The translations under genes and the position numbers were made by a program. From NCBI RefSeq assembly GCF_039654945.1, contig NW_027361690.1, forward strand, positions 19,406,001-19,470,000: 64,000 bases of DNA, in the 5' to 3' direction. Below the pieces are notes generated by a model that worked only from the letters and a program-made list of their open reading frames with translations, had not been told where the DNA came from and searched no databases. This document shows positions 40,946-54,904 of the stretch, piece after piece (the first letter of the stretch is position 1; each line of letters starts with the position of its first letter). This stretch comes from Dendrobates tinctorius (lineage: Eukaryota).

Positions 40946-42157
40946 CTGAAATGATAAAGCCATAAATATAGAAATATATTATAATTAACCATCAATGTCT
41001 GACATTCTTTCCAATAATGAAATTAGTGCTTGATAAAATAGTATATTGCCTACACTGCATTACATTACAATGAGTCTTTGCAAATTCTTTGAGTATCCAA
41101 TAACTAAAAGCTGATTTATTGTCCATAAATGCTGCAGGCAGAAGGCAGACATATTGGTATGTGGGTTTCATATTTTGGTAATATTTTACGTACGGTAAAT
41201 GTCTCAAAAGAAGTGCTTAGTAATAAAGAAGAAAGATTATGAACTGGCTGTGTTACAATGTAGGATACTAATTGTTTTCATTGTTGTAGCTACAGTAAAT
41301 CATTACAAGTATAGCAATAAATGACATCTCCAGTGTTACCATGCAAACAAAACTAGACGACAACACGGAAGACAACCGGCAATGTGCATCACTTCTGACC
41401 TTAAAAGGACAAAATGAGTATGAAACACTCTGCGACTTTCTTTTTTCTCTCTGGCTTTCGGCCATAACACACACTTGCAGTATCCAAACTTACTCCAACT
41501 GTATTTTACTAAGAGACTGAAATTCTGAAACATCACAAGAATATTGAAAGGAACTTGAGTATTAAAAGTAAACTAATTTCTATGAGGCTAGGCCTACACT
41601 GGGTTAACTCCCAGCGGCACCATCACACTGGCTACCATATCGCTGATTCTTGGGACGCAGCCAGATAAATGGGTTACCTAGCCCGGTTTTAGGTTACATT
41701 CTTACTAACCATACTTATTGATTCTGCAGTCTGCAGAATTCATCTTGTACATTTAGTATGGAATCAAGTCTAATGACTGGAAGAAATCAGATGGCTTTCT
41801 TTTACTGTATACCGTGTCAATGTCTACCATGCAGTACTAGTCTATTAGAGTTACATTAAATGAATTGCGCTCCAACTCTGCTGCTTCCTGGGATTCCCAG
41901 GCTTTCATTGACTTCTGGTCTCCAGTGATGTTGTTTAAATGTGGACATGTGATCCTAGTGGTGTCCTGTAGGCCAGGATACAGAGACCGGCGGGGCATCC
42001 GGGAAGTGGGGGAAACAGGCAGTGCCAGTTTGTTTGACATCATAGCTATTAAAAATAACGAAATAAGGGTCTGGCAGCACCTTTATAAAGTCCACACTTT
42101 TGAAGATTGATGTGATCTTTCAAAATAGTGGGTGGGAGTATTTTGGGCGTGCCCGGA

Positions 42158-42309
42158 GATTTAGTTTGTGTCGCCGCACCTGCATGATTTGCGGCTGCTA
42201 GACAGCCTGAATACATGTGGGGATTTCCTAACAAACAGGCAATCCCCAAATGTATTCAGGTTGTCTAGCAGCCACAAATCATGCAGCCTGCGGTGACACA
42301 AACTAAATC
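42158..42309. repeat. ~70-bp-arm inverted repeat inside a MITE remnant
   Basis: GATTTAGTTTGTGTCGCCGCA...TGCGGTGACACAAACTAAATC. Confidence 0.8.
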
Positions 42310-42920
42310 CAACACCAGAGTATGCTCGGAAATCTCGAGTAATGAGCATATTCATGCTCATCACTAATAGTAACTAGTGATGCACTAGTGTGTAACCAAG
42401 TTACTTCGGCAAGATCGAATAATATGTTCGAGTCCACGCGCCTGCATGTTTCTCAGGTGTTCGACAGCCGCAACACATGCAGGGATTGCCTAACAAACCA
42501 GCAATCAACCAGCAATTTTGGGGGAGTTTTCTTGTGGTTTTCATAGAGTCTTTTACTGTTGTTTTCTGGTTGTGTTTTTTTCACTCCATTAATTAATGAA
42601 GAACCGCTAGTGTTTTTTTTAAGCAAAAACAATGGCAAAATGCTTCAAAAGATGCCTGGGCATCTTCCAAACATCTTTTGAGCTTTCTTATTGAGTTGCA
42701 GGTCATGTCTTTTAATAGCTTGGTGGTTTTTGATTCCAAAAGTGTTTAGAATACATTCAAAAGCTTGAACATATGAACAGCAAGTTTTTTTTCCATAGAA
42801 ATTCATATTCTTTAGAGCATTTTTTGATAGATTTTTCAGGCAGAATCCGCTTGAAAAACACATTGTGTAGACACAGCCAGACTGGAAGCACATATACAGG
42901 TTTTTTTATGCAATTTTTAA

Positions 42921-44062
42921 CCCTTCACGACCTTGGGGTTTTCCGATTTTGCACTTCCATTTTTGCTCCATGTCTTCCCAGACCTATAACTTTTTTATTT
43001 TTCGGTCAATTTGGCCATGTAAGGGCTTATTTTTTTGCAGGACGAGTTGTACTTTTGAACAACACCATTGGTTTTACCATATCCTGTACTGGAAAATTGG
43101 AAAAAAAATGCTGTGAAACTGCAAAAAAAGTGAACTTCCACAATTGTTTTTATTTATTTTTTTTTAGCTTGTTCACTAAATGCTAAAACTGACCTGCTAT
43201 TATGATTCTCCAGGTCATTATGAGTTCGCAGACACCAAAAATGTATAGGTTCCACTTTATTTAAGTGGTGGAAAAAAATCCAAAGTTTAATAAAAAAAAA
43301 GGTGCCATTTTCTGAGACTCGTTCCGCCTCAATTTTTTTGGATCTGGGGCTAAGTGAGGGCACACCAAACTGAAGTTTCTATTGATGTCATTTTGGTGTA
43401 TATATGATGTTTTGATCACCTGTTAATGCATTTTCAAAGTTGCGGCGACAAAAAAAGTAACTCTGGTGTTTTTCTCGTTACGCCATTTACCGATCCGATT
43501 AATTCTTTTTATATTTTGATAGATTGAGTGTTTCTAAACGCGGTTATTTATACCAAGTATGTGTATTTTTGATTGAACATTTATATTTTTTTGAATTTTG
43601 CATTTTTTTATATTTTTTTTCCTTTTTACTTGCTTCAATAGTCTTCTTGGGAGACTTATAAGCTGCAATCATTTGATCGTCTATGCTACACATAGCTAAA
43701 ATGCTCATCTGCTGTGAGCACCAGCCACAGGGTGGCGCTCATAGCAATAACGCAATGACAACCACAGGGGTCTCTTACAAACCCCGAGTTGTCATGCTAA
43801 CCCATCGGCACCCTGCAGTCATGTGACACGGGCGCAAATGGGCAGGGTTTGTGACGCGCTGGAAGAGCAGCCCTGTTAAATGCTGCTGTCATAGATTTAC
43901 AGCAGCATTTAACATGTTAACAGCTATGGGTGGATCGCGATTTCACCCACGGCTGTAAGGGGTCATGTCAGCTGACGAAATCAGCTGACATGTGCTGGAA
44001 AACATGCGGGCATGCAAGGACACGACCTATGACGTATGCATACATCATAGGACGTAAAGGGG
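42921..44062. mobile_element. TTAA-specific piggyBac-like non-autonomous element, inverted relative to 31-1261
   Basis: TTAA|CCCTTCACGAC ... GACGTAAAGGGG; internal reverse-complement similarity to 31-1261. Confidence 0.75.
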
Positions 44063-44170
44063 TTTAAAAGGCCCTTTCACAACTTCTGAAATTATAAGTT
44101 GTACATTCCTGCACATTGTATCAAAAATGTAGATCATTTCTTACATTTCTTATCATTTAACCTCATTTAA

Positions 44171-44617
44171 AGGGGTTGTCCACTACTACGACAATCCTTT
44201 CTTGATCTGAATGTTTGGTGCCTATTAAATAAAAACACCAATAATCACCTCCCATGCCGGCGCCATTCCAGTGGTGTTGGCACTCACTCTCCTAGGCTTC
44301 TCGTGCGGTTGTTATGTCATGTGAGCCCTGCTCCCACTCAGCGCTTGCATCACTGTCCCTGTCTTCAGACATACTGAACATCAAACCAGAGCTGTGGCTG
44401 CCTCTCTGATTTGCTTTTTATGTTCGATCTGTCCAAAATCGGGAATAGTGATACCATCGCTAATTGGGCGCAGTGCTTATGTGTATTAACAACCTCACAA
44501 GAGACCCGAAACAGTCACTGCCAACGCCGCTGGAACAGCACTTGTATGGGTGTTTTTATTTAAATGAGGGCAATCACTTAGATTGAGAAGGGGGTGTTCT
44601 AGTAATGGACAACCTCA
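44171..44617. mobile_element. T2/Kolobok-like MITE
   Basis: TTAA|AGGGGTTGTCCACTACTA ... TAGTAATGGACAACCTCA|TTAA. Confidence 0.65.
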
Positions 44618-45129
44618 TTAATTACTTTCAGCAATGTGAGCGTGGACTTTCAACCTATTATAACAATGTCCAATCATAAAAAGGCTGCGTCATAGGACGC
44701 CCACATTTCTGACCAAAGTGAAACACACATCGAACAGGTCGGAACGATTTCTAATGTGGTCATGTAAGACTTTATCTGTCACCATGCTGACAACGCTTGT
44801 ACTGTTTTTTTAAGTTTGAACAGCGTCATAGATGGTTGTAAATCCACCCCCTGCAGAGCTGAAATGAAACGCCCAGGTGAGTTATAATCTGAATGTATAT
44901 TCTGACATCTCACTGTCTGGGTAGTATGTCTTGTCTTGAGCAAGTCGGGGTTGAGCTGTTATTTTTTCAGACTGGATCACCGGTTTAAGAGGCAGAAGGG
45001 AAGGGGAAGAAGTGTCTCACAAGTGGAGAAAGAAGCATTTGTCCCTGATAACAAATATTACAAGGTTTCTTATATTCACATATATTATTGATCTTTGCAA
45101 AGTTTGTTGAAAGTACAGTTCTGTTTTAA

Positions 45130-46102
45130 CCGCTTAGTGACCAGGCAAAATTTTTTAAATCTGACCATTGTCGCTTTATATGGTAATAACCCTGGAACTC
45201 GTCAACATACTGTATCTCACTGATTTTTAGATTGTTTTTTTGTGACACATTGTACTTTATGATATTGGTAAACTGATGTAGATATTTTCTGCATTTATTT
45301 ATAAAAATATCAGAAATTTAAAAAAAATCTCAAAAAATTAGCAATTTTCAAACATTGAATGATTTTCTCTTTAATTCAGATAGTCATACCACATAAAAAC
45401 ATTAATAATTAACATTTCCCTCATGTCTGCTTCACATCTGCACCATTTGCAAAATGTTGTTTTATTTTGTTTGCATTTTAGAAGGTTTCAAAATTGTAGC
45501 AGTCATTTTTGATTTTGTCAAGGACATTTACAAAATTTATTTTTTTAGGGACTTATGAAGGTTTGAAGTGACTTTGGGGGTCCTATATATTGGAAACCCC
45601 CAAAAGTGATACCATTTTAAAACTGCACCCCTCAACGTATTCAAAATTGCTTTCAGGTAGTTTATTAAACCTTCAAGTGCTTTTCAGGAATTAATGCTAA
45701 GTGGCATGATGGGAATGGAAAAATGTATTTTTACCATCAAAATTTTGATAATTTCTGAACAGACCACTATAGTCGGCAGACTCTAAGGCCGTTATTTGGA
45801 CATGTATTGCCATGGCAAACATCAGGACCACACAATCAAGATCTCAGGGTGCCGATGGGGTTGAAGAGGGAGCCCCCAAACTCTGTTAACCATTTAGATG
45901 CTGAAGTCATTATTGACAGCAGCATTTAAGGGGTTAAACAACTATAGTCGGTACCAACACAAATCGTGGCTGATGCAGCAAGTTGTCAGCTATAGTGTAC
46001 AGCCCACAGCTGCTGAATTGTCACCCGTTGGGAGAGGTTAGTCTCCTATATTGCAGGTCAGTAAAAAAGATGTAAAAAGATATATTGGTGATCACTAAGG
46101 GG
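45130..46102. mobile_element. TTAA-specific piggyBac-like non-autonomous element (second family)
   Basis: TTAA|CCGCTTAGTGACCA ... TGATCACTAAGGGG|TTAA. Confidence 0.75.
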
Positions 46103-47905
46103 TTAAATGTCTGTCATATAAAGAATACAGAACTTTTGTCATTTTAATTATTTGGCAATTATTACAGAACAGACAACTATAAATGACAATGCACATGTGC
46201 ACTCAGCTCTGTAAATGCCCTAAAAGTCTAAACAAAGGAAGAATCTGTACTTCTCGAGAAGTAGCATTGTTAATAATGATGAATATGACTTATGTAATGC
46301 ACATGTTATTACAGCCAAATCAATCTGGTTTTCTGTAATGCAATGGCAAAACAAATACTTTATAAGAAACAATACAGAGTGACCACAATTTCTTTGGCTG
46401 CACATAGAACTGCACTCATGTTTGTGTTTTGATGGGATAATGTTCTAAAGAACAAAAAGTTGTTTTTTTCTGTCTTCAAAACCATATTATTCCCAGAAGA
46501 CTAAAAACCACAATGTCACATACAAAATGGCTTGTGTCTACAGACTGCCCATTGTATATGACATACTGAATAGCTGTAATGCTGGGTGGAAAAAAGATTT
46601 ATGTGCCACCTCAGCCACGAACAATCTCAAGGGCTTCTACAAAGCATCTGTTGTGGTAGACTAGTGCTTAGTTAATACAAGATGCTGAAGGCAGACTTAA
46701 AATGAAGCAGTCAATGGAGAATGTCACATACCAGTAGTATAGGAACTAAGGCCAACACTTCAGGAGATTGGTTTCACAAAAGGAAATTTGGAGAGGACTT
46801 GTCAATATGTCAAAAGTGCCAGTTTTTGCTCTTATTTTATTCTTTTAGCTCCTGTTTTTTTTTTTTAAATCCGCCACATCATTCCAGAGATATGGGTGCT
46901 AATTTTACCAAGGGTGAGATACTCATGGGACTCTCTAATGGCTTGTCTTGAGGCTTCTTTGCATTATCACCCCTGTGAGCAACACCCCTTTGTTAAACTC
47001 TATAAATAACATTACTTTAATGCCTTCAAAAGTAGAACTGTTAATAGTTTATTTTAATTAATTAACAAAATGCAAAGTGATTGAACAATAGAGAAAACAT
47101 TAATACATGGTGTGACCTTCCTTTGCTTTCATATCAGCACTTGGTGAGTCCAAGAGTTGACATGGCCCCCACAGAGGTCTGATCTCAACATCATCAAATC
47201 TATACAGGACTAGATGAAGAGACAGAAGGATTTGCACAAACCTAAATTCACAGAACATCGGTGGTTAGTTTTCCTGCATGTTTGGAACAACCTCCCTATT
47301 GAGTTACTTCAAAAACTGTGTGCAAGTACCAAGAAGAATTGATGCTTTTTCTTTTGTCCACTTACTTTGCATTTTGTTAATTGATAAAAATAAACTATAA
47401 ACACTTTTTTTTTAAGTATGTTTAACCAACATTTTTGCATCCATATAATAATAATAGGCTGGATTTGTGCACTGTGAGGGAAATTTAATAATGTATTTAC
47501 ACCAGATTCAAATTGTAAATGGCACCGGAGTTTGGCTTATGATATTTGTGCAACGTTTGATATAGAAATGTACAAAATATTGAAGAAGCCAAACACCATT
47601 GCTTTCTTTTGCTCGAACGTGGGTCTATTTCTAAGTTTAGACACATTTATTAAGAAAAAAAAATGTGAATCTGTATCAAAAATATTGGCACAAAGTAAGC
47701 TCATTACCATCATTTGCATTTTAAAAGGGTTATCTAGGTTTGGCACAAAAGTCTGCAGTCATTCAATGTAACCGCAGACTTGTGAATCCTCACATCGCAT
47801 TCAGCGTGCACTGTCAGGATTTTAAGCCCTTTTCTCGGGACGGGCCGCAGCGACGGTGTGACACCACAGATCATCTACTTCTAAAGGAACTGTGGCGTTC
47901 CCTAA

Positions 47906-48054
47906 GGCTGCGTTCCTACGATGCGTTTTAGGCATTTTACACCGTGTATTTTTGAAAAAATGCAAGCAAGCTACTTTAGTTAATGGGTGTAGAAATGGTG
48001 CAGAAAATCTGCACCTTCATAAATTCACTAAAAGCTCATCGTGGGAACATAGCC
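47906..48054. mobile_element. Harbinger-like MITE
   Basis: TAA|GGCTGCGTTCCTACGATG ... CATCGTGGGAACATAGCC|TAA. Confidence 0.7.
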
Positions 48055-48461
48055 TAAGGCAAAAATCTCACTCCAATCCATGCCATGCATTAACCTTTCT
48101 GTGAACTAAAAGCGTAAGACTCCATCACGCCTCTTCATCCAGACCGGCATGATCATCGCTAGTCTTGATAAACTGGGGTCAATGTGTTTTAGTTTATAAC
48201 ATTTTTGCTGCTTTTGAGGGTCTCAAGTCTGTATTTTTGTAACTAGGAATAGGTGCCAAAAAAGGGAACGAGAGAAACATCCCTAATGTTTTCATTCCTT
48301 CTTATTCTGGCATCTGTTACTGAACAGTAACTTATTTTGGAAAGCGTCTTGATTGTAATTATTCTCCTATTAGACGACTATGACATTTTGGATGGATACA
48401 TTGCTTCAATGCAATATTCTTCAGTCACCATATCTTAATCAACTGGGTGCTTAATACATAC

Positions 48462-48584
48462 CTGTGCAAAAACGTCCATTAGATGCAAGCTGGAAGCCAG
48501 GTTTGCAGATGCATTTAAAACTTCCATCCTCATTAATGCACATTCCATTTAAGCACATATTCTTTACACTACATTCATCCATAT
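48462..48584 (-). CDS. fbn1: fbn1 exon ~14: cbEGF5 ([41 protein letters not shown])
   Basis: 123 bp, AG/GT, manual translation. Confidence 0.96.
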
Positions 48585-48706
48585 CTGAAAAAAAAAAAAT
48601 TCATATATTTGTCATTAGAAACCTTCCAAAATAAAAAATAGCTGAGCTCTCTAAAATACCTTCTTTTGGGGAATCTAAAAGCAAACTTTTTTTGTACAGG
48701 CATACT

Positions 48707-48976
48707 CAGTCTCGGACTGAGATTCCATGGGCCCACCAATAATATTTAATAATGACTCTGGGGGCCCTTTGTTCAGAATGCACACAAATATTACATTACC
48801 CTCATTCACAAATTTACCTACGAGTTTATATCATAATAAACTGAGTAATTTGTTGAATGAATAATGAGATGCTGAGTGTATTGTGCCAACTGCTAATCAT
48901 ATATAGTGGTGAAGAAAGTCCTGCACAGGGCCCACCGGGGGATTCACCTGTTCTCCTGTGAGCCAGTCCGAGCCTG
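48707..48976. mobile_element. Short hAT-like MITE with termini related to 34612-36524
   Basis: CAGTCTCGGACTG ... CCAGTCCGAGCCTG, subterminal GGGCCCACC. Confidence 0.6.
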
Positions 48977-49886
48977 TGTATTCTAACCAGTTGCTTAATG
49001 TTGGTTGCTGCTTTATATTCTTTAACACAAAGACCTAAAAATAACATTGTTGCTTTGATTTGGACGTACATACTTTTCGGGGAGACCGCTGAAAATGCTT
49101 TCAATTAAAGTTCAGAATGAATAAGGTAATAGTAAGAATGTGGAGAAGATAAAGGTCATCTATGAAAAAGGTCTTCTAGGTTATCTAGGGGAATCTTCTG
49201 CTCATGCTTTATATTACACAATAGCTTAAAAACTTCTAAACGTTTTCCTGCTTTATACAGTAACATTTTTAATGTCAGTGATGCCATCATGTTACAACAC
49301 CCAGCCTCATGCCATCGCATTCAGGGCTATCTGACAGCTTACACTACTCCCACTATTGTACAGTGAAAGGAAGCTTTTCCGGAAAACTTGTAAAACTGCC
49401 AATCTTCCAAACACTATTGTTTTCAATAACAATGTGATTACTTCCTAAATACATTGCACTTTGTTTCTGGGAAACTTTGATAATCTAGTTTCCTTTGGTG
49501 ACCTGTATCCAGAGCTATATTTACTTCTAGCATGCTAAAAGGTCAAGGCAGTAAAATCAGTTGTAGTGATATTTAGACTGTGTCATATCAGTACCAATAT
49601 TAATAAAAATATAACATTGAGTATCTGACAATGATAGCGAAAGGTATATAACAATGAATAGGAATACTATCTGAAACCCGTGGGCAAATACACATTATGG
49701 GGGGAAGTTATCATAGAAGGAATTTTTTTAATCCAGTTTGATATTTTCACAAAATATTTACATATAACATATTTGTCCAATGCTCAATTTCCATTTTTTA
49801 CGACACCCCTAACTGGAGTGAGAATTAGGACTTTTAAAAAAGTCACCAGTCATAATTCTGTCTTACAATTTATTTGCACAGAAGAC

Positions 49887-50335
49887 CATAATCAGCTTTC
49901 AATGGTTCAAAAATGGATGTTCTCCAGCACCAAAGGAAAGTAGTTAAAACTTACCTTTAATCATACAGGCTAACAAAAAATTGTTGGAATGTGAACATAT
50001 TAAAAAAAGTACAAAGCTTACGTGTTTAGAGTAGGTTTATAAACCTAGGTAGAAGGATAAAACCTACTTGAAACGCGTAAGCATTATGGGTTTTCTTAAT
50101 ATGTGCACAATCTGCCAAATTTTTATGCTATATGATTGAAGGCTAAGCTTTAACTATTTTCCTTTGGTGCTGGAGAACATCCCCTTTTGGACCACTGAGA
50201 GCTATATGACCTGGAAGCCATACTCCATGCACCACACCCAGATCACAGACTGTCCACCTTAGAAGTTTCCTGGGACACTTATTTCTAACACCAGTGGTAA
50301 GCTGAATTGACACGTTTTCTCATTTTTGTACATAC
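49887..50335 (+). mobile_element. Degenerate Penelope-like fold-back insertion
   Basis: Imperfect palindrome 49887-50208 with GAAACGCGTAA next to the centre; tail with GGTAAGCTGA; same layout as 60563-61014. Confidence 0.55.
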
Positions 50336-50808
50336 CCAGATTCCATTCACATTTTTAAAAGCAGAGAGAAGAGTGTAAAATATCTAAGAGTCGAAAATAT
50401 GGGGGAAAAAAAAGCAGGCAATAACATTTAGAACATTCAACCCTCAAAATCTGGCACAAAAACCAGCCTTGTGTTGAAAGTGAGCATTAAGGTCCATTTA
50501 CACTGAAAAATGATCATGAATGAGTGATACTAGGAAAGGTCGCTTTCCAATAATCTTACAGTGTAAACAGGCAAAGAACGAAAAAAAACACTTCCTCATC
50601 AGATGACATTTTAGCGCTGCATCGTTCTTGACGGTGCATCGTCTAGTGTAAACAGGACATGTGCTGCTGAGAACAATGGCAGCCTATGTGCACAGAACTA
50701 TCTATTGCAGGTCATTCAGTGAGATCCTTTAGAGTGACATTTGTAATGTGTAGATAACTCGTATTACAATAGAAAGTAAAGCATAAGTCATAAAAATGAA
50801 GACGTTAC

Positions 50809-50934
50809 CTTGACAATTCTTCCCATCAGGTGACACTTGGAAGCCTGCATTACACACGCAGTGGAAACTACCATCCGTGTTCACACATCGTCCATTGTTA
50901 CAGATACGACCATTTTGTAAGCACTCGTCAATGT
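50809..50934 (-). CDS. fbn1: fbn1 exon ~13: cbEGF4 ([42 protein letters not shown])
   Basis: 126 bp, AG/GT, cbEGF consensus. Confidence 0.96.
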
Positions 50935-53080
50935 CTAAAAAATAGTATTTCTTATCAACAACACAAACACTATCAAAAGGTACAAACAAGACAGTACAGA
51001 AGCCATTAATTGAGAATTTGACATTTCCAATAAACCTTTCTACCCATAAAAATGAATAATTGCAAATACAATATTTACTATATTAAAGGAATTCTGTCTA
51101 AATATATCCACCAGTCAGCCATAGCATAGCACTAAAACTGACAGGAGCAGACAACATTGATTACATTTTTATAAAGGCACATGCCAATGGCAGTAGGTGA
51201 ATAGTCAGTTCTGGAAGTTGATGTGTTGGAAGTAGGAAAAATCAGAAGTGTAGGGAGCTGAAAAAGACTAAGCTATGATAGCAAACAATTTAGTAAGAGC
51301 ATTGCCAAAAATGATGTTTGGAATCTGGGTTCTATGATGCCTATGCGGGAATCCAGATTCTCACATTTGTCTCCAGAGGCCAAGTCCTTTTTTTCCAGCT
51401 TCTGAGCATGCCCACGGGACGAGCTCCCATTGGAGTTCAGGAGTCAGGTGCTCAGGTCCTGCTCCTGATTCCATTGGTTAACTCAGGGCTCTGGAGATTT
51501 CCGGCAGGTCCCGTACGCTATAAAAAGTGCACATGGCCGTTATGCCATGCGCTAGTATGTTCATACTGCTGCTGTGTGTATGGTGACGGATGCTTGGACT
51601 GGTGACTGACTCATTAAGAAACCCCTTCCCTCTGATAATACGTCTGTGTGTGTGAGTGGTTTTCAGTCAGTACCTGCGCTAGCGCCAGCGCGCACAAGCT
51701 CCATCTTTCCAGCAGCTTAGCGTCCTGCATTGCGCTTGCGATATTTGCGGTTGCAGCCTGTCCAGGTGTGCGCAGCTGCGATGCCGAGCACATGTGTACA
51801 CGGTAAGTCCGCTCGGTTGTAGTGATCTTATTTAACTACTCCGGTTTCCAGCTACCGCACGTGTGCCGCTGAGATCCTGTGCTGTTAACAGGCTCAGCAA
51901 TACTATTTTGGTATTATTTTCCCTGCACCTCTGTGTCCCTTAACAGAGCTTGCCTTATTGTTTCTGGGTGTGTTAGAACCCTGTGCATATTTGTGCTCTG
52001 CCTCTCTCAGCAGCGGTTTTACCATCCACCGTACGGTGGACCCCGAGTGGCGAAGGCACTTTAAATGAGATCTTGTTTGGTAGTCCAAGAACATAAAGCT
52101 GGTGACAAGGTCATAGATGCCCAAACTTCATTGATGCACGTGTATAATGAATGGTAGAGCATCTGCGTCAAAGCCACAGAAAAGCATGGCATGTACAAGT
52201 GCAAGTGAGTCAGTGTTCTGTAACAGGGATGGCATCAGGGTGCACTTTGAGAAGAACTATACACTAGGAAATGTTCTGCTAAGCCACCTTGGCTCCTGGC
52301 ATTGACATGGAATGTTACTTTGGCTTGTACCTACTATCTAATTATTTTGGCAGATTAAGTACAACCCTTCGTTACATCAGTATTCCCTAACAATAATGGC
52401 TTTTTCTAGCAATAGTTGAAAAAGACAAAGAGTTCCAGGCTTTAATTTGACCTCCAAATTGCCTCGATCTCATTAATACATCATCTAAGGAACTTGCTGG
52501 AAAAGCAATTCTAATTCATGGTGGCCCTGCCTCACAATTTATGGGATTTAATGGATCTGCTGATCAAATCTTAGTGTCATATACCACAAGACACCTTCAC
52601 AGGTATTGTGGAGGCTATGTTTTGGTAAGTCTGATATTTTTGGCAACAAAAGGGGGGACCACATAATACCAGGCAGGTGCATTTAAAGGGAATCTGTCAG
52701 TAGCATCAACCCTTCTAAGCTGTCTATATGGGCATGTAGGTCATTGGAAGCAGAATAAAATGATACCTTGATACCTGCAATCTGATGTTTTATTCCAGAG
52801 AAATTCACATTACTCTTACATGTACAGTAGCTATTCAGGACTATGGTCCGCACACTGATTTATATGAGAATCTGCCTCCAGAGATTATTTTAATGAAAGG
52901 GGACATTACTGATCTTGACAGCAGTTGTTTCCAATACAAAATCTGTAACCACCACCCCCATTTTAACTGCACTAGTGTGTATACTTTCTATACCAGTGGT
53001 TATACTACATAATTACTATAACACATAGCCATATATGAATCTCCTTAGCTATACAGTCCAATGATCACGTTATTCCATAC

Positions 53081-53200
53081 CTCTGCATTCTGTCCGGGTT
53101 GATGTACTCTGGAACCCAGAGTGACACTGGCAAATGTATGATCCCTGGGTATTTACACATTCAGCATGAAGGCAGGGGTTTCTTTCACACTCATCAACAT
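53081..53200 (-). CDS. fbn1: fbn1 exon ~12: cbEGF3 ([40 protein letters not shown])
   Basis: 120 bp, AG/GT, cbEGF consensus. Confidence 0.96.
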
Positions 53201-54904
53201 CTAAAATGTTGAAAATATGTAGGAGAAAAATTAGAACAATACCAATATAACACAAAAATTGCAAAATACATTCTTAAAGCACAGTTAAATATTTTATAAT
53301 TATATTCGGTATTACTATTACTGGAGGCCAAAGTGAATATTATTGTAAGTAGGTTGGATCTGAAACGAGCGTAGAAGAGTTTTGGTTGGGTGTTGTTAAA
53401 CTTTCACTATAGAATAACATTGTAGATTATCTCTACGAGAGTTTTAATTACTGAAGCTAGAAACCCAACAGGAATAAAAAAAAAGTTTAGAGACATGACA
53501 TAGAAAGGGGAATTCCTTAAAATATAGTCAGAAAGAATGCAAATCCCGAGGATTAAACTGCATTCCTTTCATATTCTTAAACCCAAGTAACAGACAAAAA
53601 TTCTTATCGAATATATCCCTGGCCACAAGTCAATGCATCCATTTACTGTACCTTTTAACAACAAAAATAATTTGTGGCTAAAAACATAAATTCAATCAAA
53701 ATACCTAAAGGCACATTCTAGCAAAAGTATTTATTTATTTTTTTTTTACAAAGAAAGCTAAGAATATATTATATGTGTATAAAAAGTTATTTTTCATCAC
53801 AATCTGGAAAAAAGATCAAGACTCAGTAAAGACTGTCGCTCATTCATAATTCTATCCCTTAGGTAAATAGGTAGCGCTTTCCAGTCAAACATTCTTTCCT
53901 AAATTGAGCCGACATTCATCTTCTTCACATTGCTATGTGCTCCCAGAGTTCTTTCACTAGATAAATAATTTACAAACTGCAATTCTGACCTATTTTGTGC
54001 AGATTAGGTGTGAGTCAATCAATATTGTCAAAAAATCATCCGAATAGAATCCTTTAGTGTGTAGCCTGCATCTGCTGCCCTTCTATTTTATAAACTATGG
54101 TTTCTAAAAGTCAAATTTGGATAAAAAAATATTTCGAAAAATTGCATTTAATTTAAAATTAAAGTCTTTATCTTATGTAATATATTTGCATGCTGTATAC
54201 TAGGTAATCAATATGTTTTAATGAATTTGGCACCATTTAATTTTTCTGCTGGTCAAACCATAGATTTTTTTATAAGCTGTCTGAACATTTTTTTACATAC
54301 ATGATCCAATAACCAGGGCCAGTAGATCTACAGTAGATCCCAAAATAATCATGATGGGTCCAGGAGAGGAAAAAAGGGGAATATAACTATTAATTAAAGC
54401 AATTAAAGATAATTTTCATCAGAAAAAGTCCTAAATTATTACATGTTAATTTGACCTAATTCTAAAAATTAAAGAAGTACGTCCAGCTATGTATTTTTGT
54501 TTTAAATGTGTGTGTATGTACATGCAGTGCAGTGTGAGTGTATTAATATACTCAACTACTGCCAATCTCTATCTGGTATCCAGCACCATTCTGCTCCTCT
54601 TCTCAGTGGCATCACCTCTCTGAAAATACTATGTGTTACCCTGTACTCTGTGTGATCCGGAAGTGACTTTTACAATATAAGCTTTTGGAGTGTCAGAATG
54701 AATCTCAATAGGCTTTCACTTTAAAAGAGACTTCCAGCTCATGCATAGAGCAAGAGTGAGCCGGCTAGTCTGAAGCGTGGTGACGTCACTGAGAAGAGGA
54801 GCAGAACAGCGCTGGATCCCAGAGAAAGCGGCGGTAGGCGAGTATATTAATATACTCACACTACATTACATGCGCATATACACATATTTAATAAAAAATA
54901 TTTC

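Noticed and set aside
51320-52060. GC-richer block with TATAAAA, possibly an LTR remnant or promoter
   Set aside because: No clear TG...CA ends, TSD or other support, so left unannotated.
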